Of a stretch of 64,000 nt of DNA, positions 60,945 through 64,000 are shown piece after piece. The notes under the pieces were generated by a model. It was given only the letters and a program-made list of their open reading frames with translations. It searched no databases and was not told the DNA's origin. Every line of letters begins with the position of its first letter. The first letter of the stretch is position 1. This stretch comes from Kondoa subrosea (taxonomy: Eukaryota), in the NCBI GenBank assembly GCA_039545335.1, contig BCIN01000004.1, positions 672,925 through 736,924 on the forward strand. Direction: 5' to 3'. The position numbers and the translations under genes were made by a program.

Positions 60945-62668
60945 TTATACTGATTCACTGCCATCTGGATCCTCTTTATCTGCTACGACCTGTTTCTCAA
61001 CCGTTACTCTGATTTCGCTGATCCTTGAAGCGGCGGGATGTGAGTGAGAATTGGAACGTCTATGCTTGTTCGATTGTCTTCCGCCTTTGCTAATATCGAC
61101 AATTTCTTGTGTGACGGTAATTCCATCCATTAGAGTGAGAGCCATTTGTCTATTCCAATCCAAAGTCAGAGACACGTTCAAAATTTTGTAGAAGAGCCTT
61201 ACGAGCAACCAATCAATATTGCTGAAACGGCATTGATCCAGCCATCTCGCAGTTGAGGTGTTATAGGATGTCCAGCTGCAAAGTTGTGTGAGAGCAGGTA
61301 AGCGCCATTGCCGATTGAAACGAGAGCGTAGGTCATGAAAGCGATACTAAACAAGATGAGCTGTATTCCGACTGCAATCAGAACTGATCTCCTAAATACT
61401 GTATTGAAACAATGGCTCACCCATTTATATCTCCCTAATGGATTGACTGGGTTCTTGGATTTGGCCATCTTCGCAACAGCTGATTGTGATCGGACCAACA
61501 TAGGCGAAGGAGTTCCCCCACCAGACATATTCGACATGTACATTACAGGTGATTGTACTCTCTCTTCCTTTCCTGCATCCCCGTCAGCCACAATACTGCT
61601 TGTCTCATGGCGGAAGTTTCGCATATTGAGTAAACTTTGACCAAGTCTATGAATAAAGAGAATAAAGAAAGGTAAGTAGAAGAGTACAGCAGCGATCCCA
61701 AAGGCGATATTGATGATTGAGTAGAGTTTGACGAGGGAAATGATTTTCGCTCCATTGTCTTGGGCGATCTTGCCTTCTTGTATTACGTCGTATAGAGAAG
61801 AGTCATTGAAGGTACCTGCTATTGCTTGCAGAAGATATTTACGGACCCGCCATGCAGCGCAATAGGAATCGGATGTGGCTTTGATCATCAAGGAGCTGTA
61901 TAAGTCACAACAGTCAACTCGCTTCGTCAAAAGAATGACAATGCAGCTCACATGATTGGTATATCAGCAGCAATCCAAGCTAAAAGAAAGCCGTAGCAGA
62001 TCGAGTTCATAAGCCATGGAGCCGGAAGGTATCTTTGTTTAGTCGAATTGTTTTCCAGCGTCAAGCTGACGACGTAAGTTTGTGAGATCACTGCCAACCA
62101 TCCACCGATAATGAAGAGAAGAGGTGATAGATCTACAGAACCGTCTCAGAACCTCATACTGTCCAGAATTCTACCACATACACATTGCGGCGTTTCCTAT
62201 GGGGTAAGGGAAATTTTGATATTGATAGCTGTACAACGCCATGGCATATGCGAGTGTTTTTACTGTGAAATAGTCAGTACACAGCAACAAGGCAAACACT
62301 TCTGGACTGACGGCCGTAGCAGAAAACTCCCACAATCATAAAAATGAAAGCACCGTTAGGATTTATGTAGACTCCTGATTTGTACTAGTCAATTGTGTTC
62401 AAAGCGGTTGATGAAGTCCACACTCACCTGCATGTCTATGGAGAGCTCGGAAAAGCCAAAATTTACGACCCCGACGAATACGATAAAAGCTTATGGCAAG
62501 CATAATAATGTACATGACAGTCACAGCTAGGAAGATGATAGCCAGCATCCATGTTTGAGCGCTTTGAGAACGACTGAGAGAAGGATAGAGTGAATCATTC
62601 AAGCTTTGTAGTTGAGCGGAAGCAATTTCAGGAGTCAAGAATGCACTGGCTCTTTCCTGCACCGGCAT
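60945..62668 (-). CDS. Multi-pass membrane protein of unknown function (7TM-like)
   Basis: Several hydrophobic helices across exons, KFWLFR after TM1, INPN, C-terminal GITVTQEIV/IRVTVEKQV tail. Confidence 0.7.
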
Positions 62669-62963
62669 CTTCCCACACCCCTGTTGTTCTTGTTCCTAAA
62701 TTTCCTATGCTGGATATTTGCTTGTGTTGATGCAGATCTTGATCAACGCGAAATTTTGCGAATGCTATGTATGTAATTTTCAAATGAGTGACTGGAGTAG
62801 TAGACTGGATGCTGAAAGCAAAATCGTTCCAAATTGACGTTGGGGTGAGCTGGCAGGGGCGCAAATCTGAAATTCATAATACCAAATGCAGCTGGAGTCC
62901 GGTGTCGATCGCGAAGCCCGCCCTCCGATAAATGAAGCACCAGGCGCGGACCCCATCCGAGGC

Positions 62964-64000
62964 TATCCCGTCAGTAGTCCTCCTTGTCCACCGGAGTGTT
63001 TTACCGCTGAGGCATTATTCTTGGAGACTACTTTGAGACTGCTAGCAAGGTCGACGCCATCTGCGACCTTGGATAGTAATTGTCGAAGTTCTCGCCAGGT
63101 CCGCAAGGGCATTATGCGAAGTTCGAATGTAGCGGGAACCTAGGACAAATAACGACCTGCAGCGGTATGGTAGACAACAAGAAACAGTACAAAGAGCAAC
63201 TTGAAGATTAGAAGAGCAAGAAGGAACAAGGCATGTTAGCGTGTAGCACAGCAAGTAATGCACCGTGCAGGCACGGCAATAATCCAACCGCTGGCCATGA
63301 ACCAAACAAGCACGAAGTTATTGTCTGGAAAGAATCGATATCGACTCGTTGTGATCAGATGCGTATTCTCGTTGAATATCAGCCTGCTTGTTAAATGAAA
63401 CATCATACGCACACAGCGTCTTGCATTCAAGGTTGTTCGCTGTCTAAGGAAGCGTGTTAAAAATCAGATGCATCGAAATATGTGCACGGACTTTGTTGTG
63501 TTTGCGCATCTGAAGCAAATCTACGAGCCTCGGGTCTATCTCTCGCGCAAAAATTCACGAGCTGAAGAGATCCCCAGCCTGGAATCCCGCCAAAGCGCTG
63601 CTCTTTTTCTTTTTCCTGCGGACGATTGCTAGCAGCTGAAAGCTACATGTAGCCTGCTCAGGGGTTCGAATAGATCCCGATTGCTTGATCAGGTAGCAAC
63701 ATGGATGAAAAAAGGCATCTCGATTGAGAGAGGTCCTTCGGACTAGGAGGGGAAGAAGGGGTCAATCATTAGACGCACTAATCTTCAGTTACTCCATAAT
63801 CATGCCAATGCGAGATACACGAAAGCATATACACTCTCAGCGTTCTAAAATAGATTGAGCACAGCTTTACCGACTTCTTTCGCAGCGTCTTTTTGACTCT
63901 TGACAAGGTCTTCCACGAAGAGATCCAGGTTGAGCTGGTAGAGGATGAGGCTGAGCTGAGCTGAGCTTTAGCGGAAGCGAGCTGGCTTACCTCTTGCAAG
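62964..64000 (-). CDS. Probable 3' part of a multi-exon gene running off the window; structure unresolved
   Basis: Minus-strand donor/acceptor-like sites (gtaagc near 63990) and coding-like fragments with a hydrophobic stretch; no complete model obtained. Confidence 0.3.

Noticed and set aside
1..64000. Genome-wide stop-codon reassignment suggested by two in-frame stops
   Set aside because: TAA, TAG and TGA each end genes at the expected family C-termini (SIT4 TAA, SDR TAG, AP endonuclease TGA), and conserved Trp residues use TGG
1..64000. tRNA, rRNA, CRISPR or transposon
   Set aside because: GTTCGA-like hits lack cloverleaf context; no repeat-spacer array, transposase, RT or terminal repeats seen by eye (tRNAscan/Infernal/RepeatMasker not run)

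Overview
Compact, intron-dense eukaryotic DNA (about 45% GC, most introns about 45-60 nt). It most likely comes from a basidiomycete yeast, probably Pucciniomycotina (inferred from gene style and content, not verified). I reconstructed about 33 spliced protein-coding genes by hand. Recognisable ones: kynureninase, PP6/Sit4 phosphatase, GT32 mannosyltransferase, a cytochrome P450, GAR1, calcipressin, a CE16/GDSL esterase, acetolactate synthase (ILV2), OAC1 carrier, APE1/ExoIII-type AP endonuclease, RBM25/Snu71, MPO1, Jsn1/Puf2-like RRM-Pumilio protein, casein kinase I, three SDRs, a histidine phosphatase and four F-box-like proteins. I found no tRNA, rRNA, transposon or CRISPR. Best leads: (1) a candidate fungal homologue of CINP (55LCC subunit); (2) an ATG-less mitochondrial presequence on the AP endonuclease, implying non-AUG initiation; (3) a candidate SYCP3-like meiotic axis protein; (4) an in-frame TAG in an otherwise continuous gene; (5) a natural sulfonylurea-resistance substitution in ILV2, which lies next to OAC1; (6) several GC-AG introns and micro-exons. 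Coordinates are start-to-stop spans of hand-spliced models. Homology statements rest on recalled motifs, not database searches.
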